Assembly (NCBI GenBank): GCA_965207885.1
Contig: OZ242311.1
Location: 5,632,001 to 5,696,000, forward strand
Length of the DNA stretch: 64,000 nucleotides
Direction of reading: 5' to 3'
Origin: Candidatus Latescibacterota bacterium
GTDB taxonomy: Bacteria > Latescibacterota > UBA2968
Positions 1 to 9,755 of this stretch are shown piece by piece (position 1 is the first letter of the stretch; each line of letters starts with the position of its first letter). The notes under the pieces are model-generated. The model made no database searches and was not told the DNA's origin. It was given only the letters and a program-made list of their open reading frames with translations. The position numbers were made by a program, and so were the translations under genes.

Positions 1-1112
1 TACGTGTATTGCCCGGTCCGCAAGCCGCGATACTCACGCGCGCCCCTATCGCGCGTCCATTGTCCAAAGGGCTGCGGACATTGTAAAAGCGCGGCACCAT
101 CAGATGGATTCTCACCTCCCATAAGATAATCCGAAAAATCTAGCCCCTCAACCGTATCGGGAACATCAATCTCGCAAAGCCCCAAAAGCGTAGGCATAAT
201 ATCGGGAATATCAATAGGATCAGAAATCTCGCGACCCTCCGATCCAAATTGCGCCGGCCATCGCAACAAAAACGGAATGCGAATAGACTCCTCCCAGGGC
301 TGTTGCTTTTTCGCACTCCCTTGTGAACCGAGCATATCGCCGTGATCCGAAAAAAAGAGCAAAAGCGTATCGTCGGCTATACCCTTATCATCAAGTGTCT
401 GGAGCAAATCGCCCATACAATCGTCCAGCGCAGTACAATGGGCGTAGTATCCCGCAATCCATTCTCGGGCATTTGCTTCGGATTCTGGCGGCACATTCTC
501 GCGCAAAGGCACATCCTCGGGGCGATACATCGCGCGGTATTTTTCCGGCGCAGTCTCGTAAGGCGCGTGCGGTGGACCCCATGAAAGCACCAGCAAAAAG
601 GGATTCTCCGAATCGCGATTCTGGATGTACTCTTGCACATCGCGCGTCTGTGCAATCGCGTCGTATCCCTCCCATGTGAGCTTCTCGTCGGAATCATTGG
701 CATAATAAAAAGAATTATTGTAATTGTGCGTACACTCCAGCACCTTCCAATAATCAAACCCCTGCCGATTTTCGGGCGGAATATAATTGGATCGCCCATT
801 TGCATTCACATGCCATTTGCCCACATAAGCGGTATCGTATCCCGCATTCTTAAAAGCCTGTGCCAGACTAACAGCCCTATCGCTCAAATGCACATCATTG
901 ACAAAAACGCCATGCGTCAGCGGATATTGCCCCGTCAGCAAAGACGCCCGCGCCGGGCAACAAACCGAACACCCCGAAACCGCGTGCGTCGCATTAATAC
1001 TTTGAGACGCGAGACGATCGATATTCGGCGTCTGCACACAGGTATTGCCGGCATAACCAAACGACTGAGCGCGCCACTGATCGCCAAAAATGAGAATGAC
1101 ATTACTGGCCAT
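1..1112 (-). CDS. Sulfatase (formylglycine-dependent), truncated at the window edge
   Basis: Not in the ORF track because it runs off the left edge. My minus-strand translation from ATG 1112 (GGAG RBS upstream) reads MASNVILIFGDQWRAQSFGYAGN...TPNIDRLA...CSVCCPARASLLTGQYP, containing the CxPxR sulfatase signature. Confidence 0.9.
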   Translation of the reverse strand, partial: MASNVILIFGDQWRAQSFGYAGNTCVQTPNIDRLASQSINATHAVSGCSVCCPARASLLTGQYPLTHGVFVNDVHLSDRAVSLAQAFKNAGYDTAYVGKWHVNANGRSNYIPPENRQGFDYWKVLECTHNYNNSFYYANDSDEKLTWEGYDAIAQTRDVQEYIQNRDSENPFLLVLSWGPPHAPYETAPEKYRAMYRPEDVPLRENVPPESEANAREWIAGYYAHCTALDDCMGDLLQTLDDKGIADDTLLLFFSDHGDMLGSQGSAKKQQPWEESIRIPFLLRWPAQFGSEGREISDPIDIPDIMPTLLGLCEIDVPDTVEGLDFSDYLMGGENPSDGAALLQCPQPFGQWTRDRGAREYRGLRTGQYT

Positions 1113-1158
1113 GACACTCCTTTACATTAAAGTGTAAATCCCGCAAAAAACCGCGACA

Positions 1159-1187
1159 ATATTATAAACCAAAAAGGCCCTTGTCAA
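1159..1187 (-). promoter_or_regulatory. Putative sigma70 promoter for the sulfatase
   Basis: Minus strand reads TTGACA-17 nt-TAATAT about 45 nt upstream of the sulfatase ATG. Confidence 0.55.
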
Positions 1188-1204
1188 TGTATCTGACAAG
1201 GGGC
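1171..1204 (-). terminator. Rho-independent terminator of the DUF5686-type gene
   Basis: CCCTTGTCA/TGACAAGGG hairpin followed by TTTTT on the minus strand. It overlaps the promoter above. Confidence 0.55.
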
Positions 1205-1231
1205 GAAGATGATGTGTTATCCACCACACCC

Positions 1232-3658
1232 TCAAAACCGCACAAACCCAACACTCACAAAAAATCCCGGCGCATCCAAACGCTTTGAAAAATCCAATCG
1301 GAATAAATTAAACAGCCCGTTAATCGACACACCCAATTCGTGGTGAAAACCGTCTGTATATTGCGGCGCGTAATCCAATAGCGTCCGATCTCCAAACCAC
1401 GTGCGCCCGTGCCCGCCGTGAACAATCAAACCAATATTGCGCTCCGCAGCCCACCGCCAGCCGACCAACTCAAACGGAATCGTGCGAAAGTTGTGTTCCC
1501 AGAACATCCCCAACACCTTCTCGCCTTCATAAGGGCGATCCACTCGCGTTCGAAATCCCCCGAATATCGAAACCCTGCTCAATAGCACCCCTAAATCCAA
1601 AATCTCAAAACGCTGCCTGGGCAGTGTCCCCGTAAACGCGCTACCGACAACGCGCACATCGAGCACATTGGGCAACAAACGTCGCTTAAACATTGTCTCG
1701 ATCCGCCAATCCAACAGCACCCGAACCTGTGTAAAATCAAAATCACTACCAAATCCCGACCGGCTGTGTTCAACCTCCAATGCGATTTTTCGTTTCCCAA
1801 AAATGAGTGCGGGTCCCGAATTTTTACCCTCGATATCCGCACGCAAAAACACAGAACGCAAATTGCCCGAATCAATCTCCGGATTGGGCCGTTGCACATC
1901 AATATTCCCACTCAAATGCCAATCCGTCGTCTTCTCCACCGAACTGTGTTGCGCAACATTAATCCCACCGCTCAACCGCACACCTGCCCTTCGCGGACGA
2001 CCAAACCGATAGCCCGCAGTGCCCCTTACACCCTCGCGCCAGAAAAAATCAAAATAATCTTCTAAACCTCTAATCTGCCGCAAACTGACCTCGTATCGGC
2101 TATACAGTCTCGACCGATGGCGCGTATCTGTTCCGCGAAATCCCTCAAGCGAAACAAAACCCCTGTTGCTCGCCCCCCAGCGCACCGTCGCCTCGCCATC
2201 AAAAGACCATCGTTTCAAACCAAAATTATACGCGCTCCCGCCAGCAAAAGCCGCTCGGCTTCGACTCGACCCCGCAGAAATTTTTGAACCCAGATGCCCA
2301 CCATCCACGCGATTGAACCATATATCGGGATCAACTCGAAACGGCAACTTGCGTTTCCTCTCACCATCCTTACTATTTTTTTCGCTTTTCTTCTTTTCCT
2401 CATCTTCCTTCACAAAACGCGCCAAAAACCCCTTTGGCTCATACGCTTTATCCAGCGTCATCGTGCTGTCAATGCGCGCATAAGCCTCTTGCTCGATATC
2501 ATCCAACGGCACGGCGAGTGCTGTTTGAACCAACAAACTATCCTGTTCCACACGCGCAGAATCCACCACTACAATGCGATCCTGTTCATAAAGCGAATCG
2601 GGCAACGCGACATTCACCTCATACCCCGTCAACCGAGAAACGCGTTGTCTCTTAAAAGGCGGAAATTGCAAACCAATCATCCCAACCTCAACATTCACAT
2701 CCGACTGATAGCCCACCGGCAAATAGTAATCACCACCGAAATTGCTAAACTGCTGTCGCATAGTAATGGTAAATTCGCGAACAGGCGGAGGAAACAAAAA
2801 CGTCCGATTTGGCGTCAATTCCACCTCTACGAGCGCGTACACACTATCGAGCACAGCCACGCGACCATTAAAAGCCGTCTTGAGGCTGTGTTTGGGTTTC
2901 ACGTCAATATCGTAAATAATGCGATCATCCATTTTGCGACGGCCTGTGAGCACAAAATCATAGTGATCCAGTGCATCGGGATGCGTAACACCGATCAAAC
3001 GATGACCGACAAGTACTGTCTCATCATCGTACAAATTCACACCTGCAGCCGCAGGCAAAGCAAAATCCAAATCCAAATTCTCTGTCTCGCGTTTATCCTT
3101 AACGACCTCCCGCCATCCCTTTTTTTTATCCCAAAAACCATCGGACAAGCTCTCGACAATCGCGACAATCGCGGTATCCTTGTGCAAAACAAACCGCGAA
3201 TAAGCCTCGACGCGAAACGTCTCCAGACTATCCCACCACGTTTGCTTCTGCGCGATGACCTTACGCATAATATTCGGACCCATATCCTCAGCCGTCACCA
3301 CGAGCGTCTCCAACTCAATCGGCACTGGCTCCAGAGCAAAATCGCGCACATCGGCTGCATCCTCCGTCACATTGTACCGCTGTGATCTGTACCCGATATA
3401 GCGCACCTCCACCACCGCGGGAACAGAACGCAAAGACAGCACATACTTGCCCTCGGTATTTGAAATCGTCCCATCATAAGCCCCCAGAACATGCACCGTC
3501 GCAGCGGGAAGCGGCTCTCCTGTTGACGCATCGGTCACAGTGCCCTGAATCACCTTGGCCTGCACCTGCGTAGCCAATAAAAGAACGGCAAAAAACCACA
3601 CCCATTGCGTTGTCATAGTCTGTTTTACCACTGTATAGTACCGTACTTTGCTTTGCAT
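1232..3658 (-). CDS. Secreted/outer-membrane protein with a carboxypeptidase-regulatory-like N domain and DUF5686-type beta-barrel region
   Basis: Signal peptide, then IQGTVTDASTGEPLPAATV...GTISNTEGKY...RYIGY (CarbopepD_reg_2 pattern), a beta-rich C half and a terminal Phe (VGFVRF). The true start may be M15 (MTTQWV). Confidence 0.75.
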   Translation of the reverse strand: MQSKVRYYTVVKQTMTTQWVWFFAVLLLATQVQAKVIQGTVTDASTGEPLPAATVHVLGAYDGTISNTEGKYVLSLRSVPAVVEVRYIGYRSQRYNVTEDAADVRDFALEPVPIELETLVVTAEDMGPNIMRKVIAQKQTWWDSLETFRVEAYSRFVLHKDTAIVAIVESLSDGFWDKKKGWREVVKDKRETENLDLDFALPAAAGVNLYDDETVLVGHRLIGVTHPDALDHYDFVLTGRRKMDDRIIYDIDVKPKHSLKTAFNGRVAVLDSVYALVEVELTPNRTFLFPPPVREFTITMRQQFSNFGGDYYLPVGYQSDVNVEVGMIGLQFPPFKRQRVSRLTGYEVNVALPDSLYEQDRIVVVDSARVEQDSLLVQTALAVPLDDIEQEAYARIDSTMTLDKAYEPKGFLARFVKEDEEKKKSEKNSKDGERKRKLPFRVDPDIWFNRVDGGHLGSKISAGSSRSRAAFAGGSAYNFGLKRWSFDGEATVRWGASNRGFVSLEGFRGTDTRHRSRLYSRYEVSLRQIRGLEDYFDFFWREGVRGTAGYRFGRPRRAGVRLSGGINVAQHSSVEKTTDWHLSGNIDVQRPNPEIDSGNLRSVFLRADIEGKNSGPALIFGKRKIALEVEHSRSGFGSDFDFTQVRVLLDWRIETMFKRRLLPNVLDVRVVGSAFTGTLPRQRFEILDLGVLLSRVSIFGGFRTRVDRPYEGEKVLGMFWEHNFRTIPFELVGWRWAAERNIGLIVHGGHGRTWFGDRTLLDYAPQYTDGFHHELGVSINGLFNLFRLDFSKRLDAPGFFVSVGFVRF

Positions 3659-4012
3659 ATATTTACATTTGGATAAACGCCTACTTATTAACTGGTGTTA
3701 TGCAAGGAACCACTACGATAGCCACCTGGCCAAGCGGCACATATCTTTCACATAACCGCCCATTCATCGCTCAAAATATACACTTTTTTCGCTAACGCTT
3801 GTCCTCCTCCACCTCCGCTTCAACGGGCAATCCACAAATTCAAGTTGTGAACAAAAGCGTAATACTGCATATTGGAAAGCATAATGAGGCGCCTGCGTTT
3901 CTTTTTAGCTCATTTGTCACTCAACTTTGTGATATTTGGCCTGATATTTGCTTGGGTTCTGACTGTTGCGTTTGTCCAAAATACGACCAACTCTTAGACC
4001 AAGGCATCTCAC

Positions 4013-4921
4013 ATGGCTGAATTTGATGCAATATCTAAACACCTCATTCAAACTTATCCCGACGATTTTGCCAGCTTCACCCTCGGACGCGAGGATGTTG
4101 AAGTTCTTGCAGTCATTGACACAGAACAACTCACTATTGAAGCACACCAAACCGATAGCCTGATTCGCGTGCGTATCGATGGCGAGGAGGCATTGGTTCA
4201 CAATGAAATTCAAACAACTGACAGCACCAATCCGCCCATGCCGCGCCGCATGGTGGGCTATATTGGACATGCTATTCGGCAACACGGCCTACCGATATAT
4301 TCCAATGTCATCTATCTACGTCCAAATGCCGGACAACGCGATCCCGGGCACTATATCCAGGAGCGTCTCGGCTACGAAATCGCGATTCGGTATCGCGTGA
4401 TCAGACTGATTGAGATAGAAGGCGAGCGCGTCCTCGAATCGGGACAATCGGGTCTGATTCCTTTCACACCGTTGATGATGCCACCTGAAAGAATGGCCCC
4501 GGAGGCGTGGTTGCATCAGTGTATTCACACGGCTCGGACGCGCGCCATCGCTCGGTCATATAGGGCGGATTATCTGGCTGGCATGGTGGCCTTGAGCGAG
4601 TTGGTGTATGCGTCTGAAACGATTTCTGGTATTATTTTTAAGGAGGGCATCATGGATCTCATTCGCGAATCATCTCTTTTTCAATCCCTTACCCAACAAA
4701 GCAGAGAGGAAAGCTTTGAGCAGGGTAGAGAGCAAGGCATTGAGCAAGGACTCCGGGAAAGTATTCTCGACGTACTGGAAATTCGTTTTGATCTCTCTGC
4801 GTCGCACCCCCTATCTGATCGCATTGCTGGCATCACTGATTTGCAACGCCTCAAGCAGTTGCACCGCACGGCGATACAGGTACCCGGTCTGGAGGCATTT
4901 CAGCGCGTGTTAGATGCGTGA
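4013..4921 (+). CDS. Rpn family recombination-promoting nuclease / putative transposase (PD-(D/E)XK)
   Basis: D...K N-terminus, TDSLIRV, VHNEIQT, MPRRM..Y, YRVIRL motifs, and a C-terminal EQGREQGIEQG repeat with a DUF4351-like tail. Confidence 0.8.
   Translation: MAEFDAISKHLIQTYPDDFASFTLGREDVEVLAVIDTEQLTIEAHQTDSLIRVRIDGEEALVHNEIQTTDSTNPPMPRRMVGYIGHAIRQHGLPIYSNVIYLRPNAGQRDPGHYIQERLGYEIAIRYRVIRLIEIEGERVLESGQSGLIPFTPLMMPPERMAPEAWLHQCIHTARTRAIARSYRADYLAGMVALSELVYASETISGIIFKEGIMDLIRESSLFQSLTQQSREESFEQGREQGIEQGLRESILDVLEIRFDLSASHPLSDRIAGITDLQRLKQLHRTAIQVPGLEAFQRVLDA
4652..4921 (+). CDS. Putative intragenic small C-terminal product (RpnS-type antitoxin), 89 aa
   Basis: TAAGGAGG Shine-Dalgarno at 4639-4646, 5 nt before the in-frame ATG 4652 (Met214). 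Confidence 0.6.
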   Translation: MDLIRESSLFQSLTQQSREESFEQGREQGIEQGLRESILDVLEIRFDLSASHPLSDRIAGITDLQRLKQLHRTAIQVPGLEAFQRVLDA

Positions 4922-4965
4922 CGTGATTTCCATAAGCATGACGAGATATTGGGGAGAGTAAATAT

Positions 4966-5220
4966 ATGGCTCTGCAATCGGATCATTCCACAGAAAAATT
5001 GCTGGAACGCATTACCATAAATCCTGAAATTTGTCATGGCAAACCATGCATACGGGGATTGCGGTATCCAGTTGAGATGATTTTGACGCTCTTAAGTGGA
5101 GATATGTCTGTTGAAGATATTCTGGACGATTATGAAGATCTGGAAAAAGAGGATGTTCTGACAGCACTCGCTTTTGGGAAGAAAAGCCCGAGTAGTTCAT
5201 CCACTACACTATTTGAGTAA
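4966..5220 (+). CDS. DUF433 family protein (antitoxin-like)
   Basis: RITINPEICHGKPCIRGLRYPVEMIL...EDILDDYEDLEKEDV is the DUF433 pattern. Confidence 0.85.
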   Translation: MALQSDHSTEKLLERITINPEICHGKPCIRGLRYPVEMILTLLSGDMSVEDILDDYEDLEKEDVLTALAFGKKSPSSSSTTLFE

Positions 5221-6786
5221 TTGTATTGCCATCTCTATAACCGGATCTCTCTCCATAACACTATCTGAAGGTGAGACCGCAACGTGAATATCTGGAGGAA
5301 CACCAATGTCTTCATACAGGACATAATCAGCCGAAGACCACTTTCCAGTGGGGATTCTATATTCCCAACCATTGGGCAGTTTCTTGCGGATCGGACTTCC
5401 AAGTGCCCCAAATGTCGTGTCTCCTACTGTCCTGATATAGGGAAATTGTTTCATCGCCATCACAAAATATTCCCCTGAACTCACTACTTTTCTATCTGTG
5501 AGTACAATAATGGGCTTAATAAATTGTTTGTCTCCTGCAGGCTCGACATATTTTTTCCAAATAAAGCCAAAATCTGAATGGCGAGGCCCATTGCGCCATT
5601 GCAGAAGAGCGGATACCCTCTTTTGATCTGCAAAGCGTCCCACTATCTTATCAGCATTGTCGCTATTTCCTCCCCCGTTCCCTCTTACATCCACAATTAA
5701 ACCCTTGTGATCAAAAAATTCGTTCACAATGGGATCTATCGCCTCTACCCAAGCGCGGCCATTCTTGCTGCCAAAAGACGCGATGTGTAAATAGCCTATC
5801 GCATCAAAAATTTGACCAGAAGTAAAAAGACCGTTCCCTGTGGTTTGAAATCCAGCGTTCAAGTATTTACTCTTCACAAAATCCAAATTTAGAGTTCCTT
5901 CGGGTTGTCTATTTGCAGATTTGGAATACTTGAACGGCGCGATTAGATTAACGTGACCATCGTCTAAATGAGTTAGCATTGAAGATAAAATATCAAAAAG
6001 CGCAGAATTATCTGTCTGATCGGTGACCTGTGGCGCATAGATGTCATACAAAGCTTGCCAATTGACATTTTTGGACTCAAAGAAAACATAATAGCGGTTA
6101 AAGTCATCCCACAAAATTTGGAAATTTTTCTCAGGAGCGTCTGTCTTGCTCATTTGGCTAAGGAATGCCTGAGCCCGGGAATCTCCTTGCTCGGCTGCCT
6201 TTTGAAGCCACCTCATGGCCTCCCCATCATCTTGATCTACACCATTACCTTTGGAATACATACCGACAAGGGCAAGCTGAGCACTGATATAGCCCTGTTC
6301 CGCAGCCTTGCGAATCAACTTTAAGCCCTCTATATCGTCCTGATCCACGCCTTCGCCTCTGTAATACATCAAGCCAAGATTGTACCGTGCTTTGGCATCT
6401 CCTTGCTCTGTAGCCATACGAAGCCACTTTTCAGCCTTCGCATAGTTTTTCGCCACGCTCAACCCGAGACGAAACATCATGCCAAGGCGTAATTGTGCTT
6501 TGACATCTCCCTGTTCGGCAGCTTTGCGAAGCCACTTCACGGCCTCCTCGCCGTCTTGATCTACGCCCTGGCCTTTGTAATACATATAGCCGATGAAATA
6601 CTGTGCTCCGGCATGGCCTTGCTCAGCGAGCGGTCGCAATTCTTTGAGTGCCGTCTCATAGTCACCCCGGTTATATGCTTTTCTACCATCCTGATAATCC
6701 CCCCACGCCGATGGCGCAATGAGCAGACATAGTAATAGAATGAAAGTCAAGCATCGGAGTTCAATTCTCCGTCTATTCTCAGTCAT
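5209..6786 (-). CDS. Secreted Sel1-repeat + S41 family peptidase fusion
   Basis: Start moved to MTENRRR (GAGGAG RBS). Signal peptide, about 4-5 Sel1 repeats (AQYxLGxMYxxGxGV...W..KAAEQG), tricorn C1-like LDDGH, DVRGNGGG and catalytic VVSSGEYF. Confidence 0.85.
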   Translation of the reverse strand: MTENRRRIELRCLTFILLLCLLIAPSAWGDYQDGRKAYNRGDYETALKELRPLAEQGHAGAQYFIGYMYYKGQGVDQDGEEAVKWLRKAAEQGDVKAQLRLGMMFRLGLSVAKNYAKAEKWLRMATEQGDAKARYNLGLMYYRGEGVDQDDIEGLKLIRKAAEQGYISAQLALVGMYSKGNGVDQDDGEAMRWLQKAAEQGDSRAQAFLSQMSKTDAPEKNFQILWDDFNRYYVFFESKNVNWQALYDIYAPQVTDQTDNSALFDILSSMLTHLDDGHVNLIAPFKYSKSANRQPEGTLNLDFVKSKYLNAGFQTTGNGLFTSGQIFDAIGYLHIASFGSKNGRAWVEAIDPIVNEFFDHKGLIVDVRGNGGGNSDNADKIVGRFADQKRVSALLQWRNGPRHSDFGFIWKKYVEPAGDKQFIKPIIVLTDRKVVSSGEYFVMAMKQFPYIRTVGDTTFGALGSPIRKKLPNGWEYRIPTGKWSSADYVLYEDIGVPPDIHVAVSPSDSVMERDPVIEMAIQLLK

Positions 6787-6854
6787 CGCAGAACTCCTCT
6801 GTTTTGAGTCTGGAATTTTGGCAGATTCCCGATGGTAGTTGCACAATTCGGACT

Positions 6855-7598
6855 TTATATTTCCGCGCGTTTTTCATATACAACAAGCCCTATAATCATA
6901 AAGACGATACCCACCAGAATAGTATAGACAAAAGATGACAATTCTATTGGTCCAATAGTTGGAGATATTGAAATTTGCCCCAAAAAGTCTAACGCCATCG
7001 TCATTTGCTGAAAAAATCCGATGTATAAAAACACGGCAACAAGAAAAAAAACGACCGCAGTCAATCCCCGATACCGCTTAACCAAATACTTCGCTCCCTC
7101 CATCCCGATAACAAGACCGAATATGAAAACCATGTATGTCGCCAGTCCCAAACCACCGCAAAAAACAAGAACCAAAAATAATGTACCCTCCATGCCCTCA
7201 AATGATAAAATCTGACCCGGCAGGATGGCCAACATCAATAAATACACGCTTCCAATAATAATCCCGTTACCTACAAAGCCAACGCTTGCAACCGCAGCGA
7301 CCTTTGCCAGAATCACTTTGGATCGCGAAACCGGAAGAGCAGACATTTGATAGTGCGTTTCTGATTTCCACTCAGCGTTGAAGGTGTATGCCAACAAAAA
7401 GGGCAGACCGAAAATCAAAAGAAAAATAGCTGCAGTCATCCAAATAAACACCTGCTTAAATGCCTCTTCAAAATACAAAACACCTTCTATGCGGATAAGC
7501 CCATAAGCATTCAACCCCGCGATCAAAAGCAGCACAAATAAAAAAAGAAGGTTATTTGCTTTAAGTTCCTTCACATACAGTGCAAAAAATGATTTCAT
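6855..7598 (-). CDS. ABC-2 type permease, paralog 3
   Basis: About 6 TM segments and an EWKSETHYQMSALPVS motif. Near-duplicate of 7649-8395 and 9756-10511. Confidence 0.8.
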   Translation of the reverse strand: MKSFFALYVKELKANNLLFLFVLLLIAGLNAYGLIRIEGVLYFEEAFKQVFIWMTAAIFLLIFGLPFLLAYTFNAEWKSETHYQMSALPVSRSKVILAKVAAVASVGFVGNGIIIGSVYLLMLAILPGQILSFEGMEGTLFLVLVFCGGLGLATYMVFIFGLVIGMEGAKYLVKRYRGLTAVVFFLVAVFLYIGFFQQMTMALDFLGQISISPTIGPIELSSFVYTILVGIVFMIIGLVVYEKRAEI

Positions 7599-7648
7599 AT
7601 CGCGTTTCCGGGTAAAGAGTATTCGAACGTCATGGCATAATTCAGAAT

Positions 7649-8395
7649 TTATATTTCCGCGCGTTTTTCATACATCACAAGCCCAATAATCATAAAGATG
7701 ATACCCGCAAGAATGGTATAGACAAACGGCGCCCACGCTATTTGTCCAGAAGGCGTAGGAAGGATTGAGATCTGCCCTAAAAAGTCCAACGCCATCTTTC
7801 CTTGCTGGAAAAATCGGATGTATAAAAACACGGCAAGTGCAAAAAAAGCGACCGCAGTCAATCCCCGATACCGCTTCACCGAAAACTTTATCCCTTCCAT
7901 TCCGGTCACAAGGCCGAGGATGAAAACCATATATGTCACAAGTCCTAAACCACACATAAAAACAAAATCCCAAAATAAGGTAACCTCCATCCCATCAAAT
8001 GATAGAATTTGACCTGGCAGGTTGGCCAAAATCAGTAAATACAGGCTTCCTATAACAATCCCACCACCCACAAAACCAATACTCGCAACCACAGCGACCT
8101 TTGCCAGAATCACCGTGTATTGTGATACCGGCAACGCAAACATCTGATAATGCGTTTCTGATTTCCACTCAGAATTGAAGGCATGCGCCAACAAAAAGGG
8201 CAGACTGAGAAGAACGAGAAAAATTGCTATCGTCGTCCAAATAAATATCTGTTTGAATGCCTCTTCGAAATCCAAACCATCTTCTATTCGGATAAGGCCA
8301 TAAGCATTCAACCCCGCGATCAAAAGCAGCAAGAATAGAAAAAGAGTTTTATTCGCTTTGAGTTCCTTCACGTATAATGCAAAAAATGGTTTCAT
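7649..8395 (-). CDS. ABC-2 type permease, paralog 2
   Basis: Same architecture, with the shared N-terminus MKxFFALYVKE and C-terminus YEKRAEI. Confidence 0.8.
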   Translation of the reverse strand: MKPFFALYVKELKANKTLFLFLLLLIAGLNAYGLIRIEDGLDFEEAFKQIFIWTTIAIFLVLLSLPFLLAHAFNSEWKSETHYQMFALPVSQYTVILAKVAVVASIGFVGGGIVIGSLYLLILANLPGQILSFDGMEVTLFWDFVFMCGLGLVTYMVFILGLVTGMEGIKFSVKRYRGLTAVAFFALAVFLYIRFFQQGKMALDFLGQISILPTPSGQIAWAPFVYTILAGIIFMIIGLVMYEKRAEI

Positions 8396-8439
8396 GTCAC
8401 GATTCCAGGTAAAGGTGGAAAATGATGTTGCATCCCGAA

Positions 8440-8655
8440 GACGGGCGGACGGCTAAAAACCTTCTGGATCGCGGCTCAAGCATGCCCCTGCACGTTTTAA
8501 GCAGGGGACATGCCGCGATGACAAAGCCTGCCCCTGCATGTTCTAACCAGGGGGACCGTCCCCTACAACAGGATAGTACCAAACCCTACATTACCGGGCG
8601 GGCACGGAGGCGTCGCCCCTACATTGATGTAGGGACGTAGAGACACCGCCCTCCT
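8440..8655. repeat. REP-like palindromic repeat cluster
   Basis: CTGGATCGCGGC...GCCGCGATGAC (8464-8522) enclosing a GCCCCTGC/GCAGGGG hairpin, followed by several CCCTAC/GTAGGG units. Confidence 0.7.
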
Positions 8656-9346
8656 ACATCGCCACCATCTCAAACATCTCCGAAAGCGACTCCCCGCGTT
8701 CCTCACGCAGCGCATCTGCATTGCCGGAAAGCGCGATCTCGCCCTCTTTCATAAACATCACATCTTCGATAAACTCGCCCACCTCATGAACCAGATGCGT
8801 CGAAATCAAAATCGTCTGCTCCCCAAATCGAAACTCGCTAAACAACGCTTCCACAATGCGTTTGCGCGACGGGGGATCAATGCCGGACAGCGGCTCATCC
8901 ATCAAAACCAGATCACTCGGCCAGGAAAACGCACACACCACCTTGAGCCGTCCCTGTTGACCCCGCGAAAGCGCGCCCACCTTCTTATCGCCATCCAGCC
9001 CCATAAAACTCAGCAACTCGCGCGACTTATCCATATCCCACATCGGATAAAAACGCGCCAGAAACTCCACCTGCTCCGTCACCTTCATCCAATCGTAAAA
9101 CGGATTGATCTCAGCCAAATAAGCCACATGCTGTCGGGTCTTCACACTCACCTCTTGCCCCATCACCTCGGCGGATCCCCGAGACGGACGGGTCAAACCA
9201 GCCAGAATGCGAAACAACGTACTCTTTCCACTCCCATTTTCGCCCAACACACCTTGCACGCGCCCGCGCTCAACCTGAAAAGAAACACCGCGCAGTGCCC
9301 ACGCGCCCGGATATCGCTTCCACACATCTCGAACATCGATCATCAT
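8654..9346 (-). CDS. ABC transporter ATP-binding protein (YtrB/CcmA-like)
   Basis: Walker A GENGSGKST, signature LSRGQQ, Walker B LMDEP and H-loop ISTH. Confidence 0.92.
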   Translation of the reverse strand: MMIDVRDVWKRYPGAWALRGVSFQVERGRVQGVLGENGSGKSTLFRILAGLTRPSRGSAEVMGQEVSVKTRQHVAYLAEINPFYDWMKVTEQVEFLARFYPMWDMDKSRELLSFMGLDGDKKVGALSRGQQGRLKVVCAFSWPSDLVLMDEPLSGIDPPSRKRIVEALFSEFRFGEQTILISTHLVHEVGEFIEDVMFMKEGEIALSGNADALREERGESLSEMFEMVAM

Positions 9347-9714
9347 GTCAAATCCTCCTCTATATCGCGCAACAAATCGGCAATTTGCTCGCTGGAAAGA
9401 TCCAATTCTCCAACCTCTGCAACAAACCGCGCAACAGCGCTCTGTGCCAACGCCCGCTTCTCAGCCTCAATCTTCTTCCCATCCTCTGTCACAAACGAAC
9501 CCTGCCCACGCCGCGTAAAAACAAACCCCTCTCGCTCAAGCTCTGCATAAGCCCGCGCCATCGTATTGGGATTCACGCCCATTTCTTTCGCCATATCCCG
9601 CACCGAAGGCAACTTTGACCCCGGCGAATAAACCCCGCGCACCGAACGCTTTTTGATCTCGCCGATAATTTGCAGATAAATAGGTGCATTTGGATCAAAC
9701 TCATAAGGTGGCAT
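9343..9714 (-). CDS. GntR family regulator, YtrA subfamily
   Basis: PIYLQI...KLPSVRDMAKEMGVNPNTMARAYAELEREG...RGQGSFV, 123 aa, overlapping the ABC ATPase gene. Confidence 0.92.
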   Translation of the reverse strand: MPPYEFDPNAPIYLQIIGEIKKRSVRGVYSPGSKLPSVRDMAKEMGVNPNTMARAYAELEREGFVFTRRGQGSFVTEDGKKIEAEKRALAQSAVARFVAEVGELDLSSEQIADLLRDIEEDLT

Positions 9715-9755
9715 ACAAATGCCTCCTGATTCTTTGTACGGTCATAGATCGGACC

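Noticed and set aside
323-1130. Several 60-165 aa ORFs in the track on both strands
   Set aside because: They are shadows of the minus-strand sulfatase (1-1112), which the track missed because it runs off the edge.
2294-3385. 363-aa plus-strand ORF
   Set aside because: Antisense to the DUF5686-type gene with no motifs. The long antisense ORFs at 8786-9550, 28816-30063 and 50333-51061 are rejected for the same reason.
8440-8655. Possible CRISPR array or attC cassette sites
   Set aside because: The repeats are degenerate palindromes without regular unique spacers, and no cas or integron-integrase gene is in the window. REP-like is the better reading.
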